Part shown: piece after piece, positions 30,861 through 40,076 of the stretch
How positions within the stretch are numbered: position 1 is the stretch's first letter
How the letters are laid out: each line of letters begins with the position of its first letter
From: Gemmatimonadales bacterium
GTDB taxonomy: Bacteria > Gemmatimonadota > Gemmatimonadetes > Gemmatimonadales > GWC2-71-9
Direction of reading: 5' to 3'
Assembly: GCA_041613315.1 (NCBI GenBank)
Contig: JBFJHJ010000005.1
Span: 32,001 to 96,000 of the forward strand
DNA length: 64,000 nucleotides
The notes under the pieces: generated by a model
Seen by the model: only the letters and a program-made list of their open reading frames with translations
What the model was told of the DNA's origin: nothing
The model's database searches: none
Program-made: the position numbers and the translations under genes

Positions 30861-31829
30861 GTGCTGGTCCTCGCCGCGTGCGCCCCCGGCGCCCGGTGGG
30901 TGGCGGTGGCTGGCGGGCCCGGGTCACAGCTCCTGGTGTTCTCCGCGAACCTGGACGTCGCCCAGGCCGCGACCGTCTCCTTCACCCCGCAGGACACGCT
31001 CACCGCGCTGACCTTCGCCGGCGACGGTCAGAGTCTCTATGTCGCCGCCGTGGACGGGGCGGGCGGCGTCCTCGTCCGGGTGGGACGCGGCGGCGGCGCG
31101 GAGACCCGGGTCTCGCTCCCCGTCACGCGGCCGCAGTTTGTCCATCTCGCGCCGCGCGCTACCGCCATCCTCTTGGGCACGGTCGCGACCGGGACGCCGT
31201 CCGGTGCCGGCACGCTCCGCATCGCACGGCCCCGTGATCTCGCGATCGCGGACTCGGTCGGCGTGTGTGTGGGCGCGCCAGTCGGGATCGCGGTCCACCC
31301 CGACGGCGACCGCGCCTATATCGCCTGCGAGGGCGACGAGGTGGTCGAAGTGGATCTCCGATTACGCACGGCGATCCGACGCGCCACTCCGGCGCCGGCG
31401 AGCGGGTGCCAGCTGCGCGGGCCCGCTCTGTCAGCCAACGGCACGGTGCTGTACGTCAGCTGCGCGGCGACGGGCCAACTCCTCCTGCTGGACCGGGTGA
31501 CCCTCACGCCCTTCGACGCGATGCCGGTAGGCCGCGGGATCGGCGCTCCGGTCGTACTACGCCGGCGGCTGCTCCTGCCGCGAGCCGAGGCCGACGAACT
31601 GGTGATCGTGGATCCCCGAGGACGCCAAGTGGTCGCGCGTCTCGCGGCGCCCCACCCCCTCGTGATCGCCGGCGTTGGTGCACGGGCCTACGTGCTCACG
31701 CGCGCACGCGCGCCTGAGCTCTTGACCATCGACGTGGACGCGGCCGTCATCAGGAACCGCACCCGGCTCCCGTTCCCAGCGACCCGTCTCGCCGTGTGGC
31801 CGACGGCAACCCCGGTCATGCGCTGGTAG
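30861..31829 (+). CDS. YncE-like beta-propeller lipoprotein (start uncertain)
   Basis: LAAC lipobox; repeats such as PVGIAVHPDGDRAYIAC and ALSANGTVLYVSC. Confidence 0.6.
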   Translation: MLVLAACAPGARWVAVAGGPGSQLLVFSANLDVAQAATVSFTPQDTLTALTFAGDGQSLYVAAVDGAGGVLVRVGRGGGAETRVSLPVTRPQFVHLAPRATAILLGTVATGTPSGAGTLRIARPRDLAIADSVGVCVGAPVGIAVHPDGDRAYIACEGDEVVEVDLRLRTAIRRATPAPASGCQLRGPALSANGTVLYVSCAATGQLLLLDRVTLTPFDAMPVGRGIGAPVVLRRRLLLPRAEADELVIVDPRGRQVVARLAAPHPLVIAGVGARAYVLTRARAPELLTIDVDAAVIRNRTRLPFPATRLAVWPTATPVMRW

Positions 31830-31849
31830 CGAACCCCCCGACCGAGCGT

Positions 31850-32278
31850 TCACTTCCACCGCTTGAGCCGCCCGAGCCGTGAAGTCGTGAGCGTCTCCGC
31901 CGCCGCACCCCGTGTCAGCACCAGCCGTGTGTTCGCGGCGCCCCAGCCCAGACCGGTGGGACCGATCCGGATCGTGCGCCGGCTCGCGCGGAGATCGACG
32001 CCGTGCCGGGCCGGGCCCGGTTGGGCAAAGAGCGGCGCGGTCTCCCGTCCCTCGCGCACCGCCCGCAGCGTGTCCGTCGCAAATTCCACGCGCACCCGCT
32101 CACTGCTGAAGATGGCGGCGAACCGGGCCCGGGTGTAGAACGTCGCCGTCTCGGCGGCGGCGCGCTCCGCGGCGAGCCGGTCGAGCCACGTGCCGACGCG
32201 TGGCAGGAGCAGCAGCGAGAGCGCTCCCATCATTGAGAGTCCGACAATCAGTTCCGGCAGCGTGATCCCCCGTCGCAT
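31850..32278 (-). CDS. type IV pilin-like protein (FimT/GspH-like)
   Basis: Class III signal RRG|ITLPELIV. Confidence 0.75.
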   Translation of the reverse strand: MRRGITLPELIVGLSMMGALSLLLLPRVGTWLDRLAAERAAAETATFYTRARFAAIFSSERVRVEFATDTLRAVREGRETAPLFAQPGPARHGVDLRASRRTIRIGPTGLGWGAANTRLVLTRGAAAETLTTSRLGRLKRWK

Positions 32279-32359
32279 GGTCCATGATCACGGGGGTCTC
32301 GCGGAGCGGCGTCACCGTAACACCGCGTGGTCGGCGCGTTTCCGCCCACCACAGGCGCC

Positions 32360-32438
32360 GTGACGCGCGTCACAGTGACCCGGGTCACAGGTGCGCAGTC
32401 CGCACACCCTTGCCGGACCCCGAATCGCTGCACATACT
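32360..32438 (+). promoter_or_regulatory. tandem CRP/FNR-like palindromes plus putative promoter of the TPR gene
   Basis: GTGACGCGCGTCAC (32360-32373), GTGACCCGGGTCAC (32375-32388), then TTGCCG-N17-CATACT (32410-32438). Confidence 0.55.
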
Positions 32439-32527
32439 ACCCTGCCCTGTTCGAACCGGCTTCGGCCTTTCGTGAGGATTGGTGATCCGTGCCCCACCAC
32501 CGCGCCACCACAGCGGGCGTTGATGTC

Positions 32528-33754
32528 GTGAGCAACTTGCACGAGCCGTTTCTCCAGCGCGCCGCGACCGCGTCAACAGACCAAAGCGGAAGCGGCCACG
32601 CGTTGGGCGCGTTCCTGACGCTCCGCCTCGTGGATCAGTTCTTCGGAGCGCTGTACGACGGGCACGCCGACGCGCTCGCCTACCAGACGCAGGCGACGCG
32701 CGACTTCCTGCGTGAATTGCACCCCCACACGGTCGAAACGAATCACCTCCTTGAGATCGTGCGCGTCGCCGACGGCGTACGTGCTTCCGGCAGCGTGCGG
32801 CTGATGTTCCCGCCGCTGCTCGCGTTTGCGTACTGGCTCGAGCAGGAGCTCCGGCTGGACGAATCGCTCGACGTGCTGGCGGCGACGTTGCAGTTGAGCA
32901 GCGGCGTCGAGGGAGAGGAAGAGGTGTCGGCGAATCTGCAGCGGGGACGCGTGCTACGGCTGCTCGGCCGCTTCCGGGAAGCGACCGACGCGTACGCGTG
33001 GGGCGGGCAAGTGGCGTCGCGACTCGGCGACCGCCATTCCGAGTTGCTGAGCCGGATCGGCCGGGCCATCGTCCTCCAGAAGACGGGCAACCTGCCCGAG
33101 TCGGAGCGGGTGCTGCGCCAGGTGCGCGCGGAAGCGAAGCAGTCGGGCGACCGTGACGCTGAGGCGCGCGCGTGCCACGACCTCGCCGTCGCGCTGCGGC
33201 ACATGAACCGCGGCGATGAGGCCGCGCCGCTGGCGTTCCGCGCCTATCAGCTCTACGAGCAGCCGATCCAGCGGATGCGCGCGCTGAGCGATACGGGCGA
33301 GATTCTCAAAGCGATGGGGCATTACGGCGCGGCCAAGGACGCGTTCCTGAGCGTCATGCGCTCGGAGCCGCCCGCCGAGATTCGGTTGCGCACGGGCGTC
33401 GAGTTGTTGGAGCTGAGCGCGCTGTTGCAGGACCGAGTGTCGTTCGAACGCTGGCGGCGGGACGTCGGGGCGCACTATCACCGACTGCCGGCCGACGAGT
33501 TGGTCGCTTACGAACTCAAGTTGGGCATGGGACTCGCGTCGTTTGAGCAGGAGGCGGAAGGCAAACGACACATCGAACGCGCGATGGTGCTGGCGGAGCA
33601 GTCGGGGCAGGGCCAGTGGGTCTTTCGCGCCGAGGCGGCGCTCGAGGAAATGCAACAGCGCCGCACCGAGTGTGTACCCCGTGCGGCGCCGGTTGCGGAG
33701 CCGGAGCTCCGTACTACGATCGAATCGCTACGCGCGCTGTACGCCGGCGCGTAA
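32528..33754 (+). CDS. cytoplasmic tetratricopeptide-repeat protein
   Basis: TPR-like helices (RGRVLRLLGRFREA, EARACHDLA, ALSDTGEILKAMGHYGAA); no signal peptide or HTH seen; start could be 32489. Confidence 0.8.
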   Translation: MSNLHEPFLQRAATASTDQSGSGHALGAFLTLRLVDQFFGALYDGHADALAYQTQATRDFLRELHPHTVETNHLLEIVRVADGVRASGSVRLMFPPLLAFAYWLEQELRLDESLDVLAATLQLSSGVEGEEEVSANLQRGRVLRLLGRFREATDAYAWGGQVASRLGDRHSELLSRIGRAIVLQKTGNLPESERVLRQVRAEAKQSGDRDAEARACHDLAVALRHMNRGDEAAPLAFRAYQLYEQPIQRMRALSDTGEILKAMGHYGAAKDAFLSVMRSEPPAEIRLRTGVELLELSALLQDRVSFERWRRDVGAHYHRLPADELVAYELKLGMGLASFEQEAEGKRHIERAMVLAEQSGQGQWVFRAEAALEEMQQRRTECVPRAAPVAEPELRTTIESLRALYAGA

Positions 33755-33777
33755 GCTGACGCGTCGGCCGGCCTCGC

Positions 33778-33948
33778 TCAGGTGCCCGAGTTCTGGCTGC
33801 CCGAGGCGTTGAAGCAGCCCAGCGTTGTACCGGAGTTCTGAGAGCCGCTGCAGTCGAACACCGGGTCGGTCGGGGCGGTACATGCGGCGGCTCCAAGCGC
33901 AAGCGACGCGAGTACCGCCATCACGAAGAGACGGCCACGACGGGTCAT
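33778..33948 (-). CDS. small exported lipopeptide precursor with duplicated SGSQNSGT motif
   Basis: SD AGGAGG; basic N-region, hydrophobic stretch, AAAC lipobox; MTRRGRLFVMAVLASLALGAAACTAPTDPVFDCSGSQNSGTTLGCFNASGSQNSGT. Confidence 0.8.
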   Translation of the reverse strand: MTRRGRLFVMAVLASLALGAAACTAPTDPVFDCSGSQNSGTTLGCFNASGSQNSGT

Positions 33949-34041
33949 GCTGATCCTCCTGGGGGTCGGGACGCGCCTTGGCGCTGGGGGCGCCGGCACT
34001 TCCGACTAAGGTGAGGGCCATCTTCCCGCCGGGCTAGGCCG

Positions 34042-34074
34042 TTTTTGGGACATCGGGTGCCTTTTTTGGGACAT
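34042..34074. promoter_or_regulatory. direct repeat TTTTTGGGACAT x2 with 21-bp period (AraC-type binding site)
   Basis: 34042-34053 and 34063-34074, between the peptide gene and the AraC gene. Confidence 0.6.
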
Positions 34075-34076
34075 TC

Positions 34077-34883
34077 ATGCTCGTACTGGCCGCCGTCCCC
34101 CGAACTTCTGCCGCAAGGCTTCAGCACGCCGTCGGGAAGCGGTTTCGGTTCCTGATCGCGCAGAGCTGGGCGGAAGCCTTCGAGGCGATCCGCCGGGAAC
34201 CGCTCGAGATGGCCGTCATGGACCCGAGCCTCGGCGGCCCGCCCCGGGGGCACGAGATCGAGCGCATCCGGATGCTGTTCCCGTCCCTCCCGCTGCTGCT
34301 CTACACCCGGCTCATTCCTGAGGTGGTACCGGTGCTGCTCCGCCTGGGGCAAGCCGGAATCCGCGAGGTGGTCGTGGCCGGCCACGACGATCACCCGCGT
34401 CGCCTGAGCGACGCCCTCCTCGGCGCGGCCGCCGGCACCCTGTCCCGCCGGCTCATCGAAGAGATGGAAGATGTGCTGGTGGGCTGTCCGGGCGAGTTAA
34501 AGTGGGCGATCGAGACGATGATTCGGGAGCCGGCGTCGTTTCACACAGTGCAGGACTTGGCGGACCGCGCAAGAATGGACCGTCGCACCTGCGCGCGCTG
34601 GTTCACCAAGGCGCAGCTGCCGCCACCGAGCGTCGTGTTGATGGTGTTCCGCGTGGTGTACGCTCACCGTCTGCTCCAGGATCCGGGGTACACCGTTGAG
34701 GACGTCGCGGCGAAGCTCGGGTACGCGAAGGCCCGCTCCTTCACCCAGAACGTGAAGGAAGTCTTCGGCATGACGCCGGGGGAGCTCAAGGTCGCGTTGA
34801 GCACCGAGGAGGCCCTGACGATCGTGCGGGAACGGCTCTTCGGTGAGCCGCCGACGGAAGCCGAATTGGCGAGCGCCTCATGA
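34077..34883 (+). CDS. AraC family regulator with receiver-like N-terminus
   Basis: TVQDLADRARMDRRT and YTVEDVAAKLGYAKARSFTQNVKEVFGMTPGE double HTH; N-terminal MAVMDP. Confidence 0.88.
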   Translation: MLVLAAVPRTSAARLQHAVGKRFRFLIAQSWAEAFEAIRREPLEMAVMDPSLGGPPRGHEIERIRMLFPSLPLLLYTRLIPEVVPVLLRLGQAGIREVVVAGHDDHPRRLSDALLGAAAGTLSRRLIEEMEDVLVGCPGELKWAIETMIREPASFHTVQDLADRARMDRRTCARWFTKAQLPPPSVVLMVFRVVYAHRLLQDPGYTVEDVAAKLGYAKARSFTQNVKEVFGMTPGELKVALSTEEALTIVRERLFGEPPTEAELASAS

Positions 34884-35275
34884 GGCCCTACGCGATCCTC
34901 ATCGTCGACGACGAGCCCAGCATGCGTCGCGTCCTGCATCGCGCGATCACGATGGCCGGGTACGTCGGTCACACGGCCGCCAGCGGGGAGGAGGCGTGCG
35001 ATCTGCTGCGCCACCACCACGTGGACGCGGTTCTCATGGACCTCCGCATGCCGAGCATGTCGGGGCAGACGCTGTACCACGTGATCGCCAGCCAGTGGCC
35101 CCAACTCGCCTCCCGGGTCGTCGTGATGAGCGGCGACAGCGACGCTCAGGACCATGCGGGGTGGCTCGAGCTCCACGCCCTGCCGGTCCTGGACAAACCC
35201 TTCGAGCTGGGCAACATGCTCGCGGTGCTCCGGCGACTCTTCGTAGGTGAGCGCCGCGAGGCGAACGGACCGTAG
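34880..35275 (+). CDS. single-domain response regulator
   Basis: ILIVDDE, LMDLRMP, KPF; overlaps the AraC stop (ATGA). Confidence 0.9.
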   Translation: MRPYAILIVDDEPSMRRVLHRAITMAGYVGHTAASGEEACDLLRHHHVDAVLMDLRMPSMSGQTLYHVIASQWPQLASRVVVMSGDSDAQDHAGWLELHALPVLDKPFELGNMLAVLRRLFVGERREANGP

Positions 35276-35277
35276 GG

Positions 35278-35979
35278 ATGGGCACGGCCGGCGCTCGGGC
35301 GGACGACCCCCTCTTCACGCTGCGGGAGTATCGCCAACTGGCGCCGTGGAACCTGCGGGATCTCGCGACGGTGGCGGGCGCGTTGCTCGACGCGTCCGGG
35401 GTTCGCCCGATCAACGCGGCTGCGAGCGCCCATCCGTCGGAACGAACGATCCGCTTCTACGTCACGCGCGGGCTCGTCGAACCTCCAGAGGGCCGGGGCA
35501 CCGCCGCGACGTACACCTACCGGCATCTCTTGCAGGTCCTCGCCATCAAGCTCCGGCAGATGGAAGGGGCGACGTTGGCGGCGATCGGCACCGAGCTGCG
35601 AGAGACGACAGGGGACGTCCTCGAGCGCCGCGTCGCCGTCGCGCTGGGTCCGGGACTCCCCGGGCCGAACCGGCTGCCGCTCACGGGGACGGAGACCGAG
35701 CCGCGCGGACGTGCGGGCCGCGCGTTCCGCACGGTGCTGGAGCCCGCGACGGCCGAGCCGGCCGGTGAACGCTCGGCGGCGAGCTGGCGCCGGCTCGAGG
35801 TCGCTCGCGGTGTGGAGCTCCACATCCGGGAGGACCATCCGTTGGCCCGGCTCACCGATCGCCAAGCGGAGCTCGCCGATGCCGTGCGCCTCACGGTGGG
35901 GCGCGTGCTCTCGCAGAACTGGTCCCCGCGCGCGGCGCCGGCCCCGGAGCCGGCCGAGCCCTCCGGCTTACGGTCCTGA
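35278..35979 (+). CDS. MerR-like HTH protein
   Basis: ERTIRFYVTRGLVEPP..ATYTYRHLLQVLAIK. Confidence 0.8.
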   Translation: MGTAGARADDPLFTLREYRQLAPWNLRDLATVAGALLDASGVRPINAAASAHPSERTIRFYVTRGLVEPPEGRGTAATYTYRHLLQVLAIKLRQMEGATLAAIGTELRETTGDVLERRVAVALGPGLPGPNRLPLTGTETEPRGRAGRAFRTVLEPATAEPAGERSAASWRRLEVARGVELHIREDHPLARLTDRQAELADAVRLTVGRVLSQNWSPRAAPAPEPAEPSGLRS

Positions 35980-36028
35980 TCCGGGACCGCACGTCCTCAC
36001 CACGCACGCCACGAGCTAGGAGTCACGG

Positions 36029-36649
36029 ATGACGATCGCCGGCTTGATCTTCCTCGCGCTCGTCGCGGCCGCCCTCGTCTGGGCGATCTCGGCGTACAAC
36101 GGGTTCATCTCGATGAAGGGGCAGACACTGAACGCGTGGAAGCAGATCGACGTGCAGCTCAAGCGGCGCCACGACCTGATCCCCAACCTAGTCCAGGCCG
36201 TCCGCGGCGCGATGGAGTTCGAGCGGGACACGCTCGAGGCGGTGATTCAGGCGCGCAATCAAGCCGTCAAGGTGCAGGCGAACGCCACGCCTACCGGCGG
36301 TGTCCAGGCGCTCGCCTCGGCCGAGGCGGCACTCGGGTCCGCATTGTCCCGCCTCAACGTCGTGGTGGAACGCTATCCCGACCTCAAGGCCACCGCGAAC
36401 GTCGGGCAGCTCCAGGAGGAGCTCACGTCCACGGAGAACCGGGTGGCATTCGCCCGCCAGCTCTACAACGACGTGGGCACGACGTACAACATCCGGCAGC
36501 AACAGTTCCCGTGGAGCCTGATCGCGCCGTTCGCCAAGGCGGAGCGAGTCGAGTTGTGGGAGATCGTTGACGACGCCGAGCGCGCGGTCCCGAAGGTCGA
36601 TCTCTCGCGGCGGGAACCGGGTCCGCCCTCCTTCAAACGGACGCAGTGA
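36029..36649 (+). CDS. lemA: LemA family protein
   Basis: AWKQIDVQLKRRHDLIPNL, ERYPDLKA, ENRVAFARQLYN, FP. Confidence 0.93.
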   Translation: MTIAGLIFLALVAAALVWAISAYNGFISMKGQTLNAWKQIDVQLKRRHDLIPNLVQAVRGAMEFERDTLEAVIQARNQAVKVQANATPTGGVQALASAEAALGSALSRLNVVVERYPDLKATANVGQLQEELTSTENRVAFARQLYNDVGTTYNIRQQQFPWSLIAPFAKAERVELWEIVDDAERAVPKVDLSRREPGPPSFKRTQ

Positions 36650-37668
36650 CCGAGACCAATCTCTTCGCACAGCAGCGCGCCAATCGCCGCCGGTCCGCGA
36701 CCCTGGTCACCCTGTTTCTTTTCTTCTTTGCCTGGGTCGGATTCGGCGGCGATCTCGTGTTCAGCGTGGCGACCCGGGACGGGCCGCCCGGCGCGTACCA
36801 CCATACAGTGCCGTGGCTCGGGATCGGCGCCACGATCCTCGGCATCGGTCTCGCCTGGTTCGGCTGGCGGCGCGGCCCGAAAGAGGTGCTCTGGGCAACC
36901 GGCGCCTGGCAGCTCATGTCGCCGTCCACGCCGCAAGAGCAGATGCTGCTCAACGTCGTTGAAGAGATGGCAATCGCCTCCGGCTTGCCGCGCCCGAGCA
37001 TCTGGATCGTGCCGGACGCCGACCCGAACGCCTTCGCCACCGGCACCGACGAACACCACGCCCACGTCGCGGTGACCGAAGGCATGCTCGCCACGCTCAC
37101 GCGGGACGAGCTCCAGGGCGTCGTGGCGCACGAAATGGCGCATATTCGCAATCACGACGTGAAGTTGATGACCCTGCTCGCGGCCCTGGTCGGCGTCATT
37201 GTGCTGATCTCAGACGGGTCGTGGCGTGTGATGCGCTACGGCGGCCGCGCGGGACGCTCGGGCCGCGGAGCGGGGCGTAAGGGCGGTGGCGCGGCCGTCG
37301 TGCTCCTCGTCCTCTGGCTCGTGACGCTCCTCGTGGCGCCGCTGATCTCGCGCCTCCTCGCGCTCGGCGTGAGTCGCAAGCGGGAGTACCTGGCGGACGC
37401 CACCGGTGCGCAGTTCACGCGCAACCCGGGCGCCCTCGCCTCCGCCCTCCGACGCATCGAACATGCGGCGGCGCCGACCAAGGCGATCAAACGGGGCACC
37501 GCGCACCTCTGCATCGCGGACCCGCTCGGGCGCCGCATGACGCACAAGGAAGGGTTCGTCGCCAATCTCCTCGCGACGCACCCGCCCATGGCCGTGCGGA
37601 TCGCCCGGCTCCGAGCCATGGCGTATCAATACGGGAAGACCGGCGTGCTCCCGGATATGACCGCCTGA
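36646..37668 (+). CDS. htpX: HtpX-like M48 membrane metalloprotease
   Basis: PNAFATG, HEMAH, REYLAD, THPP. Confidence 0.9.
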   Translation: MTETNLFAQQRANRRRSATLVTLFLFFFAWVGFGGDLVFSVATRDGPPGAYHHTVPWLGIGATILGIGLAWFGWRRGPKEVLWATGAWQLMSPSTPQEQMLLNVVEEMAIASGLPRPSIWIVPDADPNAFATGTDEHHAHVAVTEGMLATLTRDELQGVVAHEMAHIRNHDVKLMTLLAALVGVIVLISDGSWRVMRYGGRAGRSGRGAGRKGGGAAVVLLVLWLVTLLVAPLISRLLALGVSRKREYLADATGAQFTRNPGALASALRRIEHAAAPTKAIKRGTAHLCIADPLGRRMTHKEGFVANLLATHPPMAVRIARLRAMAYQYGKTGVLPDMTA

Positions 37669-37801
37669 CACCCGGCCTGCCGGCGAACGGGATAACGCGA
37701 GAACGGCACGAGGCGATAGATTCCCGCATGCCGTCATCCCGTCAGGCGGTGCGCGGAGGGTCGCGTGTGGGCGACCGCCGCCGGCGCCGCCGGAGGCTCG
37801 C

Positions 37802-39280
37802 GTGAGCGTCCTCGACGGGGCGCTCTTCGCCCTGGCGGCCGCGCTCGCCGCCGTCCTCACCCTGTGGACCGTCCGTCGGACGCGCGAGGCCATCCGTCGC
37901 TGGTTCAGCCGCGCGGTCCTCCGCGCGGTGCATCAGTTCCGGGTCCGCCTCGATCGCTACAAGCTCGCCAGCAAGCGCACCGTCCGGGCCGCGCTGCTCG
38001 ACGACCCCGTCGTCCACGAAGCGCTGCGGACCTACGCCCGGTCCCATGGCAGCACCGAGCTCGACGCCCGCGTACAGGTCGAGCGCTACGTGGACGAGAT
38101 CGTGCCCTACTTCAACGTGCTGTCCTACTACCGGGTCGGTTACAACGTCGCCCGACTCTTCATCAACCTGCTGTACCGTGTGAGCGCCCAGTCCCGTGAC
38201 CCCGCCAGCCTCGACGCGATTCCCCGACGCGACATCGTCGTCTACCTCATGAACCACCGCTCGAACGCGGACTACGTGGCGGTGGCGTACGTGCTGGCGC
38301 GGGCTGTGAGCATCAGTTACGCGGTGGGCGAGTGGGCACGCGTGTGGCCGCTGGAGTACGTGTTCAAGTCGTTCGGCGCGTACTTCGTCCGGCGGGGATT
38401 CCGCGACCCCCTCTACCACACCGTGCTCGAGCGATACGTCCGCCTCATCACCCGCCACGGGGTGACGCAGGGGATCTTCCTCGAAGGGGGGTTATCCCGA
38501 GACGGCGCCTTCCGGCCCGCCAAGATCGGTCTGCTCGACTACATCGCCCGCACGCTGGAGGCGCCGGGCTTCGAGCGGGACATCTGGCTCGTGCCGGTGG
38601 CCCTCAACTATGACCGCGTGCTCGAGGACCGGACCCTGATCGGCGAGCAGGTCGATGCACAGTATCGCCCCTCGCGGCTGCGGCAGTTGAGCGGCGTGGT
38701 GCGCTTCGTGACCGTCAATCTCCTGCGGCTCGTCACCGGTCGGCTGAGGCGCTATGGCCGGGTGGCGGTCGTGTTCGGCGCGCCCCTCTCCCTCCGCCAA
38801 TGGACTGCCCGTGACCCGGGGCTCCTCCGGCGTCCCAAGGACGCCCGCCTGCCCGTCCTGCAGGAGCTCGCCGACGAGATGATGCGCCGAATCGCGGCCA
38901 TCATGCCGGTGACGCCGGTCCCGTTGGTGGCGGCGGCGCTCCTCTCCTTCGGCGAGACGGTGGTGTGGCTGGCCGATCTGCGCCAGCGCGTCGCCACCTA
39001 CCGCGATCACCTGCTGCAGACCGGCGCTTGCCTCGTCCCGCCGGGGCGCGACGCCGAGAGCCTCCTCGATCGCGCCAGACGGATGCTCACCATGCGGCGG
39101 CTGGTCGTGGAGCAACGCGATGCCTGCGTGATCCTCCCCAGCCAGCGCCCGCTCCTCCAGTACTACGCGAACGCGATCCAGCATCTGTTGCCTCGTGAGG
39201 TACGAGTCCCCGAGATGCACCCGGCCCGCGTACCGGACGACGACCTCCCCGCGCTGCGCGCGTGGAAACCGCGGGCCTGA
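37802..39280 (+). CDS. glycerol-3-phosphate/phospholipid acyltransferase (PlsB-like)
   Basis: NHRSNAD, FVRR, FLEGGLSRDG, PVALNYD. Confidence 0.85.
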   Translation: MSVLDGALFALAAALAAVLTLWTVRRTREAIRRWFSRAVLRAVHQFRVRLDRYKLASKRTVRAALLDDPVVHEALRTYARSHGSTELDARVQVERYVDEIVPYFNVLSYYRVGYNVARLFINLLYRVSAQSRDPASLDAIPRRDIVVYLMNHRSNADYVAVAYVLARAVSISYAVGEWARVWPLEYVFKSFGAYFVRRGFRDPLYHTVLERYVRLITRHGVTQGIFLEGGLSRDGAFRPAKIGLLDYIARTLEAPGFERDIWLVPVALNYDRVLEDRTLIGEQVDAQYRPSRLRQLSGVVRFVTVNLLRLVTGRLRRYGRVAVVFGAPLSLRQWTARDPGLLRRPKDARLPVLQELADEMMRRIAAIMPVTPVPLVAAALLSFGETVVWLADLRQRVATYRDHLLQTGACLVPPGRDAESLLDRARRMLTMRRLVVEQRDACVILPSQRPLLQYYANAIQHLLPREVRVPEMHPARVPDDDLPALRAWKPRA

Positions 39281-39327
39281 GACGGCGGCGGACGGCCGCG
39301 GGTGCGCCGCGGGCAGGACGCCGACGA

Positions 39328-39543
39328 TCACTCGTCCGCCACCGCCCCCGCCAGCCGTCGGAGCGCGGTTCGGGCGCGGCGCAGCTCCTCGCCGATCGCT
39401 CGTGTGAAGACCAGCCGGCACTCGGGTACGAGCGGAAGCAATGCCGTCGCACACTCGATCGCGGTGAGGGTCGCGCACAGCTCCTGGAGCGCCGCGCGCC
39501 GCGTCCAGCTGTTGCCCGCTGGCATGGTGAACCACGGAGACAC
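39328..39543 (-). CDS. small hypothetical protein
   Basis: Helical 71-aa ORF filling the gap; TGAGG near the start. Confidence 0.4.
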   Translation of the reverse strand: MSPWFTMPAGNSWTRRAALQELCATLTAIECATALLPLVPECRLVFTRAIGEELRRARTALRRLAGAVADE

Positions 39544-39608
39544 CTCACCAGTGTAGCGTCGCTCCGTGCCGCACCGGGTACCCGATCGCTCCCATACGGA
39601 TCGAAAAA

Positions 39609-40022
39609 CTGAGTTACCGGTTTCTCCCCCACACCGCCGATCTGCGGGTCACGATCGACGCGCCGAGCCTCCCCGAGGTCTATGGCGACGCCACGTCGCT
39701 GGTGCGCGAACTGCTCGTCGGCGCGAGCCCTGTCATTCCGTCGGACCGGCGCACGATCGCGGTGACGGACACGAACGCCGCCGAGACGCTCCTCCACTTT
39801 CTCCGTGAGCTGCTGTTTGCCTTCGAGAGTGACGGCTTCGTGCCGGCGCGCTTCGAGGTTGGGCGGGCCGACGAGCAGCACGTTCGTGGCGTCCTGCACG
39901 GCGAGCGGTTCGATCCGACGCGGCACGAGACGCAGCCCGAGGTGAAGGCGGTGACCCGCCACGGCCTGTGGCTGGAGCCATTGGAGAGCGGCTGGCGGGC
40001 GGAAGTGGTGTTCGACGTCTGA
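39609..40022 (+). CDS. archease (probable non-canonical CTG start)
   Basis: In-frame (L)SYRFLPHTADL upstream of the called ORF; EVKAVTRH; terminal VFDV; next to rtcB. Confidence 0.85.
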   Translation: MSYRFLPHTADLRVTIDAPSLPEVYGDATSLVRELLVGASPVIPSDRRTIAVTDTNAAETLLHFLRELLFAFESDGFVPARFEVGRADEQHVRGVLHGERFDPTRHETQPEVKAVTRHGLWLEPLESGWRAEVVFDV

Positions 40023-40076
40023 CCGTGAGGGGCGTCCGGTCCCTCGGCGGCGTGCCGCGCCCTGTATCTTTCACGT

